Positions 39,501 to 47,559 of a DNA stretch of 64,000 nucleotides are shown here, one piece after another. Positions within the stretch are counted from its first letter, which is position 1; each line of letters begins with the position of its first letter. Made by a program: the position numbers and the translations under genes. The notes below the pieces were generated by a model that saw only the letters and a program-made list of their open reading frames with translations, ran no database searches and was not told the DNA's origin. Origin of the DNA: a bacterium (GTDB lineage Bacteria > Patescibacteriota > Patescibacteriia > JACQRZ01); assembly GCA_030688365.1 (NCBI GenBank), contig JAUYIE010000018.1:33973-97972 (forward strand), given 5' to 3'.

Positions 39501-40618
39501 ACCACAAGCTGGCCGACAATCAATGCGGTAGAGCTTCCCGCTAATCCAGTTTCGGTAGCGGATGCGATTTTTGTTAATTGTTGACCTCCAAATAGTGGAA
39601 ACCCGTTTACTGCAAATGTTCCACCGGTCAATGTCGCATTTGTAACAACCCCAAGTTCAGGCGGAAACGTATCTCGCTGAAACAATACTATATCTCCAGC
39701 ACTTGGAGTTGTATATGTACCATTTGGCACAAATGATCCTGCCCCAAAAGCAGGGAAAAACCCGCTTCCACCAGTAGAAAGTTGTGCAAAACGTGAACTT
39801 GCTGTATAGGTCGGCGCGCTAGAAACAGTCACATCAAATCCATCAGGAAATGGTTTTATACTAACACCAACAGGTGTAACCCCTTGAGTTAGGGTAATGT
39901 TATCAGGCGTAAACGTAGATCCATCCATCTGTTCATTAAACTGCATGTGTAAAAATGTATTGATTGGCACATTTGTGGATGCTGTCATTGGGGCTGTACT
40001 TGAAACAGTCGGTGCGACAGTATCAATTGTAATGGCAGAAGTAACCACAGGGGTTATTGTTGGAGAACCAGAATCCGTGACTATACCATCCGCAGGCACT
40101 GTGAATGTAAACGCATGATCATTAACTGCCCCCGCTGATGTTCGGTATACCAAATAATATGTACCCGCGGCTCCAGGGGTTGTAAGAGTTAATGTTGTGG
40201 ATCCATTACTCCATGCAGATACTGTATCCATAGGCACTACGACATCCGTACCATCAAATGATCCAGCCGTATCCCCTGCATCGTCGTACAAAGCAACACC
40301 GGAAGCGACTTCCGATGCTGCATCAAGAGTAGCCAAATCAGCTGTCGTAAAACCAGATGCACCACTGTCGGTAGCAGTAACAGTAATTGAGTTTAAAACT
40401 TCACCAGCATCAACAGCAATCACGAGCTTAATGGCTGCAGCCGGCACGCTCGACGCTAATGCTCTGTTATTCGCGTAATTGATAAGACTCGTCACTGTTG
40501 GTGTGACGGTTGCCAACGCCACTTGCGCTGTAAACGGCGCAACTCCCACCGAACCAAATATTGTCATTGCTACAACAAATGTGTGTAGTATCCGACGGAA
40601 CCGAACATTTCCTCTCAT
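33557..40618 (-). CDS. giant secreted S-layer-like surface protein (2353 aa). It contains SbsA-type Ig-like (Big_5-like) domains, many carboxypeptidase-regulatory-like beta-sandwich repeats, an FN3 domain, a Thr/Asp-rich linker and a conserved about 200-aa C-terminal domain.
   Basis: Signal peptide MRGNVRFRRILHTFVVAMTIFGSVGVAPFTAQVALA. Big_5-like segments (IDTVAPTVSSTAPMTASTNVPINTFLHMQFNEQMD; DATAPTVLGTSPTNSATGVSRSSSISIGFSKDID). Repeated ...GTYTVKVPAGTYTVKCFFPGVG / VPPGTYTVRVGHPAYG / VPAGIYNLRVDKPGYR modules. FN3 (PSTPTGLTVTDAGTGSTARLTWTAV...TTYYYKVSAVNASDQES). Linker TTSTTTDTTTTDNTTTTENTVTTDTTVTT. Confidence 0.85.
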   Translation of the reverse strand: MRGNVRFRRILHTFVVAMTIFGSVGVAPFTAQVALATVTPTVTSLINYANNRALASSVPAAAIKLVIAVDAGEVLNSITVTATDSGASGFTTADLATLDAASEVASGVALYDDAGDTAGSFDGTDVVVPMDTVSAWSNGSTTLTLTTPGAAGTYYLVYRTSAGAVNDHAFTFTVPADGIVTDSGSPTITPVVTSAITIDTVAPTVSSTAPMTASTNVPINTFLHMQFNEQMDGSTFTPDNITLTQGVTPVGVSIKPFPDGFDVTVSSAPTYTASSRFAQLSTGGSGFFPAFGAGSFVPNGTYTTPSAGDIVLFQRDTFPPELGVVTNATLTGGTFAVNGFPLFGGQQLTKIASATETGLAGSSTALIVGQLVVANSSDRYAWHMVTAGTTVDDEALRFDGDEAVPSLVSGSRVSSMAMDATATDNGVTGGGTLAVSQGDLVFVQLAGGSYGWHLVTTAGGLSSVEGFGESTAVLDGTDAASSLVEDSSQMSKLTPAAQGLATDEVTAFTFGDMLFASTTANAANNGSYAFHMVTSPATGVSHTALRLDNSSSPLTISSSYTLTATTSVTDLAGNALASNAVVTFSTGAVSGTNTTPPFVQSSIPQGGNQQFPPNGVVKITFSVDMSVSGGSSGTNSVTNPANVGLFLDNYGAPGAAVSATNTYDSATKTVTITPASALAVNTGYVAKVLSSAYSTTDTPSADFFLSFRTAGAVDATAPTVLGTSPTNSATGVSRSSSISIGFSKDIDPSTITTSTIKLQKTSDDSYITGAVTYNPGSRSANFTPAAQLLGSTEYRIRALAGSSGVKSVAGLQLGAATPANDYTSTFTTNNTTDSTAPKVTFSGADNFGVAITFSEQVKSGGGPNAADNIANYALESPVGTSASLSGKTVTYDGETKTANITGLALQNSSTFKVTVTPAVQDLANNSIDTTGTPPNNVAYGTVQDSDTTGGQLGPGNGPAMDPGMQGMNPTRVTPMVRSAGATSNYKLEFLATTSIPVLGQIVLTFPAGFDVTNVGKATAGTASFCNSDINGPMTGTVTLGAVAGDADAGTVTINTAGAATSANAFVCVDLTGIVNSTVPSSSGYTVGVSTRDTADNYRSILESKTSSPFFLGATGSRTLTVNVFKDANTDGNNDAGEGINDVTAFLFSPATGGKEATTANDVVDGVATFSNLADGDYMVGIKPNTNIDVAFNSAPQPIIISANTVKNFALSSAAAITISGTVTGTNGTIIDVFASSPNGFTKKTITLSGGADAYSLPVSANETYNVGVGPSVPEQFMTPGAPPSPPPDFTFMPPANVQVNVASASVTEETVTGLAFTLTTANKTITGFVLDSNGTGVSTANIFCRPVAASTTGMADGFGTGTQTTTTGTFTVNVTQGVYLCGVFKPGMPPVPDKQITVGAASNTPSSLTFRLSAGTTSLTISGTIKDDAGNAIPYAGVSGRKVTSSADTTAVGGDSSNFVGGPTDANGAYTLYVSAGTWVVEAFAPGFGRLGTKTIVISSSNATGQDFSAETLSMGSIRGTVTKGGTAQQGVMVRAETADGTSGNMTITATDGTYTVKVPAGTYTVKCFFPGVGEGTPLTSVAVAADTTTSGQDCTLGAPITLTINVTDGTNPVTNAGVDVRDSNGRGNFTNVSTTSGANAVYTVNVPPGTYTVRVGHPAYGKIGETTGVNTTRTITHTAAAGAIFAVTGTVTGDGSNLSGAWVSLTGAATGTTNVIALGSQTASNGTFSVSVPAGIYNLRVDKPGYRSPAESAVAVTAATAVGTIALTTASKTITGTISISGSGVSNAFVDANDGLGGYSVAQTDSAGAYSLAVDTGTWSVRAHAPGYEGGPMSVIVGGSSVSSQDMSLTAIPNFVVKPERPETVTPTSGGFFTNSDIGDNFKLNIPANALGTGSNAATVTTKINTAMPTPPRGSILSKNAVTITAVDSSGQKLSSLNDSVTIVIPYDEADIPAGSSEANLVIGTWNDATQAYDTLTTTVDTDNNTLTATVAHFSDFAPLMPADGAPSTPTGLTVTDAGTGSTARLTWTAVDGASTYNIYQSTDNSSFPLLASPTTTSYTATGLSASTTYYYKVSAVNASDQESAASSASSVTIAAAASSSGGVIVSGPSSSSSSTATTSTTTDTTTTDNTTTTENTVTTDTTVTTSPTLSVADARAQQVAKIKAEAEKVKMNDVATLASDVGQKRDIGMEKKYESTIVARVVSSLTPAATKAQVLNFVTYGTPTTVVLGAGERAGVVNSFEAAFGYVPTSSGDWEDVIKIANGRWPGTLNAKREKAVIGSFKKVYLRDADLSNPHDQAAIAVMAYGLRSDKRNLKSEAAAIKSFRAIYKKVPVSAAEWDVVRAIAYSGAIR

Positions 40619-40802
40619 ATGAATAATGTGGTTAAGCCGACTGTAATATATGCAATCGACATGGTAATTTATAAAAAGAAAACAAAAACTCCTTTACTTT
40701 AATATATAGTTCAATAAAAGTCAGTACCATCCAAAATTAAAAACGACTGTAGCATGAGGCATCTTCAAGAAGAGTATTAATAATAGTATAACACACAGAC
40801 TG

Positions 40803-40833
40803 AAAAAATATACAACATGATTGTATATTTTTT
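40803..40833 (-). terminator. AT-rich palindrome downstream of ndk (weak terminator or protein-binding site)
   Basis: 13-bp arms AAAAAATATACAA / TTGTATATTTTTT with 5-nt loop, flanked by A/T runs. The stem is almost all A:T, so thermodynamic stability is low. Confidence 0.3.
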
Positions 40834-40869
40834 AAAAAAATCCTATTTTCTGCTCGTCAATCCTAATGC

Positions 40870-41433
40870 CTAGTACGAAAAAATGCTATTCATATCGCTA
40901 AACCAATGTTCAATCTCGTGTGCCGCCTCTTCAGGAGTCTCCGAACAATGCACCATGTTCATGACCGCACGTTTTTCCTTATTTGCCAGTGCAGGAGAGT
41001 CAATAGAAAAATCACCGCGGATCGTTCCCATGTCAGCCAAATACGGCATCGTAGGTCCCGCGATCTTACGTACCACATCTACCGCGTGTATCCCCTCCAC
41101 AACAATCTTTACCAACGGAGCGGCTTTCATATAGTCAATTAACCATTTGCGGATTTCCGGCCCGATCTCTGATGGATTGGTGGTACCAAAATCAGACATG
41201 GCGTCATATCCATACTTTTCATACGTTGCAAGAGTTTTGGAACCCAATCGCGTAATCCATTCTTCATTTTTTGGATAATGATCGTCAATCTGTTCATGGG
41301 TGGGTTGAAACATCTCAAGACCGACGATTTTTAGACCAACCCGTTCAAAACGACGTATGATCTCCCCTATCAATCCTTTTTGTACACCATCTGGTTTTAT
41401 GAGTACAAATGTTCGTTCTATATGAAATTCCAT
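40870..41433 (-). CDS. ndk: nucleoside diphosphate kinase (long form with internal insertion of about 40 aa)
   Basis: ERTFVLIKPDGVQKGLIGEIIRRFERVGLKIVGLEM matches the NDK N-terminus. 187 aa against the usual about 140. Confidence 0.85.
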   Translation of the reverse strand: MEFHIERTFVLIKPDGVQKGLIGEIIRRFERVGLKIVGLEMFQPTHEQIDDHYPKNEEWITRLGSKTLATYEKYGYDAMSDFGTTNPSEIGPEIRKWLIDYMKAAPLVKIVVEGIHAVDVVRKIAGPTMPYLADMGTIRGDFSIDSPALANKEKRAVMNMVHCSETPEEAAHEIEHWFSDMNSIFSY

Positions 41434-41452
41434 ATATAGTTATCATTACAAG

Positions 41453-42382
41453 TTAATAAATAGTATACAATGCCTGTGCGGTACTCCATGGAAAATGAAA
41501 TCTGCGAGATGACGAAGTATTGACGTTTATCGTGTCACCGTCAGTGGTAAAAACAATATCACCGTCTTGATCAGTACGAAATGACTGAATGTCGTGACGG
41601 TCAAGTCGATTCAAAAGACGAGTGCTTGGGTGGCCAAACATATTATGAAATCCGGCGGAAATTGCCGCCACATTTGGGTGTACTACGTCAAGAAACGTAT
41701 CGCTGGTAGAATACTCGCTTCCATGATGTCCAACTTTTAACACATCGGCAGAAACATCTTCCTTTGCGTCAAGGAGGGCTTTTTCTTCCGTATCAGTCGC
41801 ATCCCCTGTCAAAAGAAAGGATTTCTGTTTGTAGACAAGTTTAGCAACAATTGAAGATTCATTCAAGTCCGACATGGACATATCGTGCAAATTGACCATT
41901 GGCGCAAAAATAGACATATGTATATCAGACCCCATATCCACCTGTGTACCGCGCCAGACTTCTTGTACATCCACTCCTTTTTCTACCGCTTGTGCTAACA
42001 AATCTTGATAATCAGGACTTTTTTGTACAATGCCGGTAATATACATATGATGAACCTTGTAACGATTCAAGACTTCATGCAACCCCCCGTAATGATCCAG
42101 ATGGGGATGAGTCAATATAACCAACTCAATATCATGATCATAAAACGGCATATACTCACTCAATTTTGCCAAAATACTTCTATCGGGTCCCGCATCAATC
42201 AATATTTGTTGACCAGCCGGCCCATCAACTAAAATAGCATCGCCCTGACCGACATCAAGGACCGCGACCGTTAGTTGCGTGCTGTCTTTTGCCTGTCCGA
42301 CGAAGTATACGCCCAACAGCACAGCACACATCACCAGCACAATACTAGCGATGTGTATGATACGTGTATGCACGACAAGCAT
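41453..42382 (-). CDS. ComEC/Rec2-related metallo-beta-lactamase-fold protein (stand-alone MBL domain with N-terminal TM helix)
   Basis: VAVLDVGQGDAILVDGPAGQQILIDAGP...LTHPHLDHYGG is the ComEC C-terminal MBL signature. 309 aa. Confidence 0.7.
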   Translation of the reverse strand: MLVVHTRIIHIASIVLVMCAVLLGVYFVGQAKDSTQLTVAVLDVGQGDAILVDGPAGQQILIDAGPDRSILAKLSEYMPFYDHDIELVILTHPHLDHYGGLHEVLNRYKVHHMYITGIVQKSPDYQDLLAQAVEKGVDVQEVWRGTQVDMGSDIHMSIFAPMVNLHDMSMSDLNESSIVAKLVYKQKSFLLTGDATDTEEKALLDAKEDVSADVLKVGHHGSEYSTSDTFLDVVHPNVAAISAGFHNMFGHPSTRLLNRLDRHDIQSFRTDQDGDIVFTTDGDTINVNTSSSRRFHFPWSTAQALYTIY

Positions 42383-42402
42383 GGTATCTTGTTTGTTCTG
42401 TC

Positions 42403-43716
42403 TTACAATCCGGCGATTCTAAACGTAAACTTTCCATTCTTTGTTGCTATTTGTGTTAACGTACCCACAACATCAAATCGTATCGTGTTATCAGGTGCAC
42501 CCAATAATACCACAGTGATTATGCCACCATCCGCAGTTTTTCCTTGCGCCGCCATACTGTATCCCGCCTCTTGTGTATATCCTGTTTTTCCTGCTAATAC
42601 TTCTCCTACTTTTTCTAACAATGCATTGCTATTTTTTGTAGACGCGACTTCTTTAAACTTCAATGTCTTAAATACATATCGTTTTGTTTCTGCTGCCGCC
42701 AAAACAGATGCATGACTATATGCTGTTTGTGTGAGAATCGCGAGATCTTTGGCAGTAGACTTATTACCTTCATCTAGTCCGGTCGGTTCTACAAATACTG
42801 AATCTTTCATTCCCAATTCCTGTGCTTTTTCATTCATTTTTTGTGCAAATACTTCAGACGAAAACCCCGTAGATCGCGCAAGCATCTTTGCCGCATTATT
42901 TTTAGAACCCACCAGTGCGCCGTAAAATGCATCTTTGACGGTTATCTGCTCTCCAATTTTAAAATAAAACTTCGCCGGAATCGTGTCATCTGATTTTTGA
43001 AACGTTATGACGGTATCCCAGCCAGGATTGTGATCCAAAAACACCAGCACCGTCATCAGTTTGGTAATACTGGCAATCGGCAATTGATTACTGCTATTTT
43101 TTGACAACAACACATTGTTATCTTGGTCAGTTATATACACGGCTTTTGCGGGAATAGCCCACAAATCAACACCATTATTAGACACCCACGGTCGTTTTTC
43201 TATCACCGCAATCTGTGAATATGGCAAAGTGGTCTGTGCAATCACATGATGATCTTTGTGTGTAGATGGAAAAGGTCGCCATGTCTGCTTATTACGATCA
43301 TAAAATGCAAGATACGCATTAGGATCAGTCCCGCCATACAGTACAGATAGCGTCATATTCTTTTCAATGTCTCCCTGCCCTTGCGTCCCAAAATCATACA
43401 TATATACTGCACTTCCAAATGTAAAACCTGGTGCAGGCGGCAAAAAGGTCAATGCCTCATACGCAGTCATCACACGACTAAACTTGAGAGATGATACCGT
43501 TGACATTGTTTTACTTTCTACTTGGAGCGAAAGATATTCACCATCATAATGATATGTAGTGTCTTGTACTCGCATGGTGGCGTCTATATTCACATAATCA
43601 TCAGGAACAGTAGTTGGCATCACGCCAGTATCGCCAGAAACATTACCTGCAGGCAAGATGCCAAACGTAACAGACAGGCACAACAGACTGATAGTGAGTG
43701 AGAACATTTTTTTCAT
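42403..43716 (-). CDS. D-alanyl-D-alanine carboxypeptidase (peptidase S11, PBP5-like) with about 200-aa N-terminal extra domain
   Basis: SxxK (PIASITK), SxN (GSKNNAA), KTG (GKTGYT). Signal peptide MKKMFSLTISLLCLSVTFG starting at the internal Met. The track ORF starts upstream at 43776. Confidence 0.75.
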   Translation of the reverse strand: MKKMFSLTISLLCLSVTFGILPAGNVSGDTGVMPTTVPDDYVNIDATMRVQDTTYHYDGEYLSLQVESKTMSTVSSLKFSRVMTAYEALTFLPPAPGFTFGSAVYMYDFGTQGQGDIEKNMTLSVLYGGTDPNAYLAFYDRNKQTWRPFPSTHKDHHVIAQTTLPYSQIAVIEKRPWVSNNGVDLWAIPAKAVYITDQDNNVLLSKNSSNQLPIASITKLMTVLVFLDHNPGWDTVITFQKSDDTIPAKFYFKIGEQITVKDAFYGALVGSKNNAAKMLARSTGFSSEVFAQKMNEKAQELGMKDSVFVEPTGLDEGNKSTAKDLAILTQTAYSHASVLAAAETKRYVFKTLKFKEVASTKNSNALLEKVGEVLAGKTGYTQEAGYSMAAQGKTADGGIITVVLLGAPDNTIRFDVVGTLTQIATKNGKFTFRIAGL

Positions 43717-43776
43717 ATAGTTTTTAGTGTATGGAGTATATCTACAAATGACAAGACGGTTCAAAGAATGGCGCAC

Positions 43777-45336
43777 CTAGGGTAGTGCAATCGCCTTGAT
43801 TTGAGATTCTGTTGAAACAGACGGTTGTGTATGAATACGGTGATATGACCATACAATGAAAAATAATAGACCATAACTGAACACAAAAAATACCCACGAC
43901 CATGATTGGAGTGTGATGGAAACAGAGGCGTAGGGAATACGAGAAAGATAGTCGGTTATCTTAAGAATATACTCAAGTACCAGCCATGTACCCCATGCGA
44001 CAGGTGTAACTATTATCTGCCAAAAAGGTGCAAATGGACCTAAAAGTGTCCCTGCCATATTCATCACCACCAATATAAATCCGATTACCATAGAAAAAGG
44101 TATAAACGGCAAGACCAGTATGTTTGCCAATAGTGATATCAACGACAACGATGAAAACTGTACAACAATCAGCGGTATAGTCGCCAATGTGGCGGCAAGT
44201 GTTTGGGTGCTGATTTCTTTCGCCCATTTCCATATGGGCAGTTTATCTATGAAATGAGAAAGTATCGGCGTACCATACAAAAGTCCCATGGTAGCCAAAA
44301 ATGACAGTTGAAATCCGGCATCATGAAATAATACAGAGGGAGACAACGCGACCATTACTACACCAGCGATTAACAAGGTATGAGCGACATTTTGCGTTCT
44401 GCCTTTATGTTGCGCGATAAGTACGAGTCCCCCCATCAATGCCGCGCGTATCGTAGAACTGGATGCGCCAGTAAACAACGTAAAAAGCGTTACACCTGCC
44501 AAAATCGCCCATGTCGCTCGCTTTCTGCCTATACGAACGGCACGAAAGAGTGATGCGATTGCCACCATAACCACTGTGATGTTGTATCCGGATATTGCCA
44601 CAATGTGTGTTAATCCGACAATTGAAAAACTGCTTGCGACATTTTTTGGAAATGCACTGCGCGCCCCAAATAATATTCCCGAGAGAAGCGTACTATGAGG
44701 TTCGGGAAGTAACGTATTGATCCCAGATACCATCCATTTTTTAAAACTATACAGCCCTGTCAATACAAAAGAAGAATGCTCACCGGAAATTGCCATGATA
44801 GAAGTCGGTTTACGACACCACGAAAAAATCCCTTGTCGTGCCAAATAGTCTTTGTATGAAAAACCTTCTGCCACAAACGGCTCTTCCAATTCACACCCAA
44901 AGGTCACATGATCACCATATCCAAACCATGGATATGATGGCGCGTCTATCAAAATCAACCCATTGTATGTGGCATTTCCAACGTTGTAGTCGGTAATGTT
45001 GACTGTTAGTTTTTGTTTTGTCTCCCGCACATCCGGTTCTTTGACAATCACGCCTTCCCACTGATGAACACTCTGTGCGTTAAACACGCTCACATTATAA
45101 TCGCCGGCTATGGGGATAGCACTGATACTTCGTAAAAGGCCAATACTAAAAAATAAGATACAACATCCAAGTATACGTATGCGCTGGTGATGACGCCACG
45201 AGATCATAACTATACCGATCCAGACTACCACAATCGCCCATACCCACGATACGCGTATCCATTCATACAGCGCAATACCCACAAGAAAAGAAAGCGCGCA
45301 CCAACGAGTGATGCGCGATAATGGCCAAATAATCAT
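43777..45336 (-). CDS. comEC: DNA internalization competence protein ComEC/Rec2, membrane channel portion (DUF4131 + competence domain)
   Basis: Polytopic membrane protein with the GLTHIVAISGYNITVV motif, compared with ComEC LSHLLAVSGLHV. 519 aa. The MBL domain is encoded separately at 41453..42382. Confidence 0.75.
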   Translation of the reverse strand: MIIWPLSRITRWCALSFLVGIALYEWIRVSWVWAIVVVWIGIVMISWRHHQRIRILGCCILFFSIGLLRSISAIPIAGDYNVSVFNAQSVHQWEGVIVKEPDVRETKQKLTVNITDYNVGNATYNGLILIDAPSYPWFGYGDHVTFGCELEEPFVAEGFSYKDYLARQGIFSWCRKPTSIMAISGEHSSFVLTGLYSFKKWMVSGINTLLPEPHSTLLSGILFGARSAFPKNVASSFSIVGLTHIVAISGYNITVVMVAIASLFRAVRIGRKRATWAILAGVTLFTLFTGASSSTIRAALMGGLVLIAQHKGRTQNVAHTLLIAGVVMVALSPSVLFHDAGFQLSFLATMGLLYGTPILSHFIDKLPIWKWAKEISTQTLAATLATIPLIVVQFSSLSLISLLANILVLPFIPFSMVIGFILVVMNMAGTLLGPFAPFWQIIVTPVAWGTWLVLEYILKITDYLSRIPYASVSITLQSWSWVFFVFSYGLLFFIVWSYHRIHTQPSVSTESQIKAIALP

Positions 45337-45348
45337 GAAACATGGTCG

Positions 45349-46404
45349 TCAATACGAACCATGCAACCAATGGCGGCATCGCTGATGAGGAGATAATGTT
45401 GTATATAATACAGTATTGTCATGAGCGTTTTGTATACGTACGGGATCGGTATTCCACTCAAAAATACGACGTACACCTTCTTCAAGCGCCACCTGAGGTT
45501 CCCACCCGAGCACGTCTTTGGTCACACAATAATCAATAGAACTATGTGCAACATCTCCCTTTTTTACTGCGCGATACATTGGTTCTTGGTGGTTACCAGA
45601 GACACGCACAATCACATTGAATAATTCATTGATAGAAGTGCGAATACCCGTACTTACATTATACACACCATTCACGTTCGTGTTGAGCGCACGCATACAT
45701 GAATCAACACAATCAGCCACATACACAAAATCTCGTGTATAGCTTCCATCACCGTTGATAATAGATTCTTGCTTATTTAAAAAGTTTTGCACAAAGATAG
45801 AAATCACTCCGCACTCGCGACTGGTTTCTTGTCGCGGACCATACACGTTTGCAAACCGCAACGCCACATAATCAATACCATACGCATCATTTGAATATTC
45901 CAAATGGCGCTCAAACACCACCTTACTATGACCGTATGGCGACACTGGCGCCTGCGTATAATTGTGAGGAAACTTCTCAACACCCGGCGGGAGCTCTCCA
46001 TAGATAGCTCCCCCCGATGACGCAAAAATTATTTTTTTCACTCCACCGTATATACAATTTTTTAAAAGATTTACCCCACCAATGATATTAATATCAATAT
46101 CGTGAATAGGATCCAGTACTGATAATCGCAAGTCAATTTGTCCCGCAAAATGAAACACATAGTCCGGTTTTTCAAGATCAAACACGCGATGTAATTCATG
46201 ATCACGAATATCCATTTGATAAAATCGTGAACCATGTTCTTCTTTTAAGACGACAGGATTGATATATGAAGGACGCCCCGCATAGAGGTTATCGAGCACA
46301 ATCACCGGATATCCTTGTTCTATAAGGTGATCTACAAGATGTGAGCCAATAAACCCCGCACCACCGGTCACTAAAATCTTTGGTTTTGCTGTTGTCTCTT
46401 CCAT
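45349..46404 (-). CDS. NAD-dependent epimerase/dehydratase (UDP-glucose 4-epimerase-like)
   Basis: Rossmann motif ILVTGGAGFIGSHL and catalytic YGHSK (YxxxK). Start is at the internal Met MEETTAK. Confidence 0.75.
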   Translation of the reverse strand: MEETTAKPKILVTGGAGFIGSHLVDHLIEQGYPVIVLDNLYAGRPSYINPVVLKEEHGSRFYQMDIRDHELHRVFDLEKPDYVFHFAGQIDLRLSVLDPIHDIDINIIGGVNLLKNCIYGGVKKIIFASSGGAIYGELPPGVEKFPHNYTQAPVSPYGHSKVVFERHLEYSNDAYGIDYVALRFANVYGPRQETSRECGVISIFVQNFLNKQESIINGDGSYTRDFVYVADCVDSCMRALNTNVNGVYNVSTGIRTSINELFNVIVRVSGNHQEPMYRAVKKGDVAHSSIDYCVTKDVLGWEPQVALEEGVRRIFEWNTDPVRIQNAHDNTVLYTTLSPHQRCRHWLHGSY

Positions 46405-46461
46405 GCGATTACGAGAGTAACAAATTATACGTCTACCCATGTTTATACGACCGATTATCTT

Positions 46462-47532
46462 CTACTGCTTCCTACGCCATTTTATATACTCCTCAATAAA
46501 AGGCAAGAGCGATCCGTCCAGAACATCCTGTATTTGATCAGTTTCATAGTTGGTACGATGATCTTTCACCATTTTATAGGGATTCAACACATAGGAGCGT
46601 ATTTGATTTCCCCATGCCGCCTCATGATATTCGCCACGGAGCTGTTGCCGTTCTTCTTCTTTTTGAGTGAGGGATAGTTGATGTAGTTTTGCCTTCAAAT
46701 ATCGCATAGCCGTCTCTTTGTTCTGTAATTGAGACCGCTCATTTTGACACGTTACTACAATACCGGTCGGGATGTGAGTAATACGCACTGCCGAATCTGT
46801 CGTGTTGACTCCCTGTCCCCCCTTACCACCAGCGCGGTACGTATCAATACGCATATCATCCGTCGCGATATGTATTTCATGTTGCGTCCCTACATCAGGA
46901 ATCACTTCAACAAGTGCAAAAGAAGTCTGTCGTAATTTTTCTCCATCAAAAGGAGAAATGCGTACGAGACGATGCACCCCGGCTTCTGCTTGTAAATAGC
47001 CATACGCATACGGCCCCACCACCTCCAACGTAGCACTCTTGATGCCCGCTTCACCGCCCTGTTGCTTATCAAGGATGCGCACCGTCCATTTTTGTTGTTC
47101 GCAAAAACGCAGATACATACGCAACAGCATATCCGCCCAATCCATCGCGTCTACTCCGCCGGTTCCTGCATGAATCGCGATCATCGCATTATTATGATCA
47201 TACTCACCGGAAAAAAGCGCTTGAAACTCATGCTCTTCAAACTCCGTACGAAGTGTTTCAAACTGTTGTTGTATTTGATCACTGTTTTCTTGCCCGTAGG
47301 TACGCGCCATTTCCAAAAGTGCCTGACAGTCATCTTCCATACGATCCCATAGTGTTACCACCTCCTTGTCATATGCGAGTTCCTGTCCTAACGTACGTGC
47401 GTGATGTGAATCATTCCAAAAATTTTCTTTGGTCATCTCCTGCTCAATCGTGGCAATACGTTTCTTGCGTACCTCAATGTCAAAGTAACCCCCTACACTC
47501 TTGAATACGCCGTGTAAGCGCATTAAGATCAT
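46462..47532 (-). CDS. prfB: peptide chain release factor 2 (no programmed frameshift)
   Basis: SPF tripeptide (VRISPFDG) and GGQ motif (GGKGGQGVNTTDSAVRITH). Single continuous 356-aa ORF, only 27 nt after the htrA stop. Confidence 0.9.
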   Translation of the reverse strand: MILMRLHGVFKSVGGYFDIEVRKKRIATIEQEMTKENFWNDSHHARTLGQELAYDKEVVTLWDRMEDDCQALLEMARTYGQENSDQIQQQFETLRTEFEEHEFQALFSGEYDHNNAMIAIHAGTGGVDAMDWADMLLRMYLRFCEQQKWTVRILDKQQGGEAGIKSATLEVVGPYAYGYLQAEAGVHRLVRISPFDGEKLRQTSFALVEVIPDVGTQHEIHIATDDMRIDTYRAGGKGGQGVNTTDSAVRITHIPTGIVVTCQNERSQLQNKETAMRYLKAKLHQLSLTQKEEERQQLRGEYHEAAWGNQIRSYVLNPYKMVKDHRTNYETDQIQDVLDGSLLPFIEEYIKWRRKQ

Positions 47533-47559
47533 GAATCGGTGACGGCATAGATGTTGAAA

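Noticed and set aside
34064-40478. Numerous 60-140-aa ORFs on the plus strand inside the giant-protein gene, and likewise 58129..61953 inside the second giant gene.
   Set aside because: They are low-complexity antisense translations of Thr/Ser/Ala/Gly codon runs, with no RBS or promoter features. The minus-strand reading is domain-coherent over 7 kb.
33557-40618. Diversity-generating retroelement (template/variable repeat) targeting the giant proteins.
   Set aside because: No reverse-transcriptase ORF anywhere in the window. I saw no pair of near-identical ~100-bp repeats differing at adenines. This cannot be excluded if the reverse transcriptase lies outside the window.
40803-40833. 13-bp AT-only palindrome after ndk as a confident intrinsic terminator.
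   Set aside because: The stem is almost entirely A:T, so thermodynamic stability is low. It is kept only as a low-confidence feature and could equally be a protein-binding site in the promoter region of the convergent/divergent neighbours.
46462-47532. Programmed +1 frameshift in prfB.
   Set aside because: Single uninterrupted ORF. Only 27 nt lie upstream before the preceding gene's stop, and the sequence aligns in frame through the region where the E. coli CUU UGA C shift site lies.
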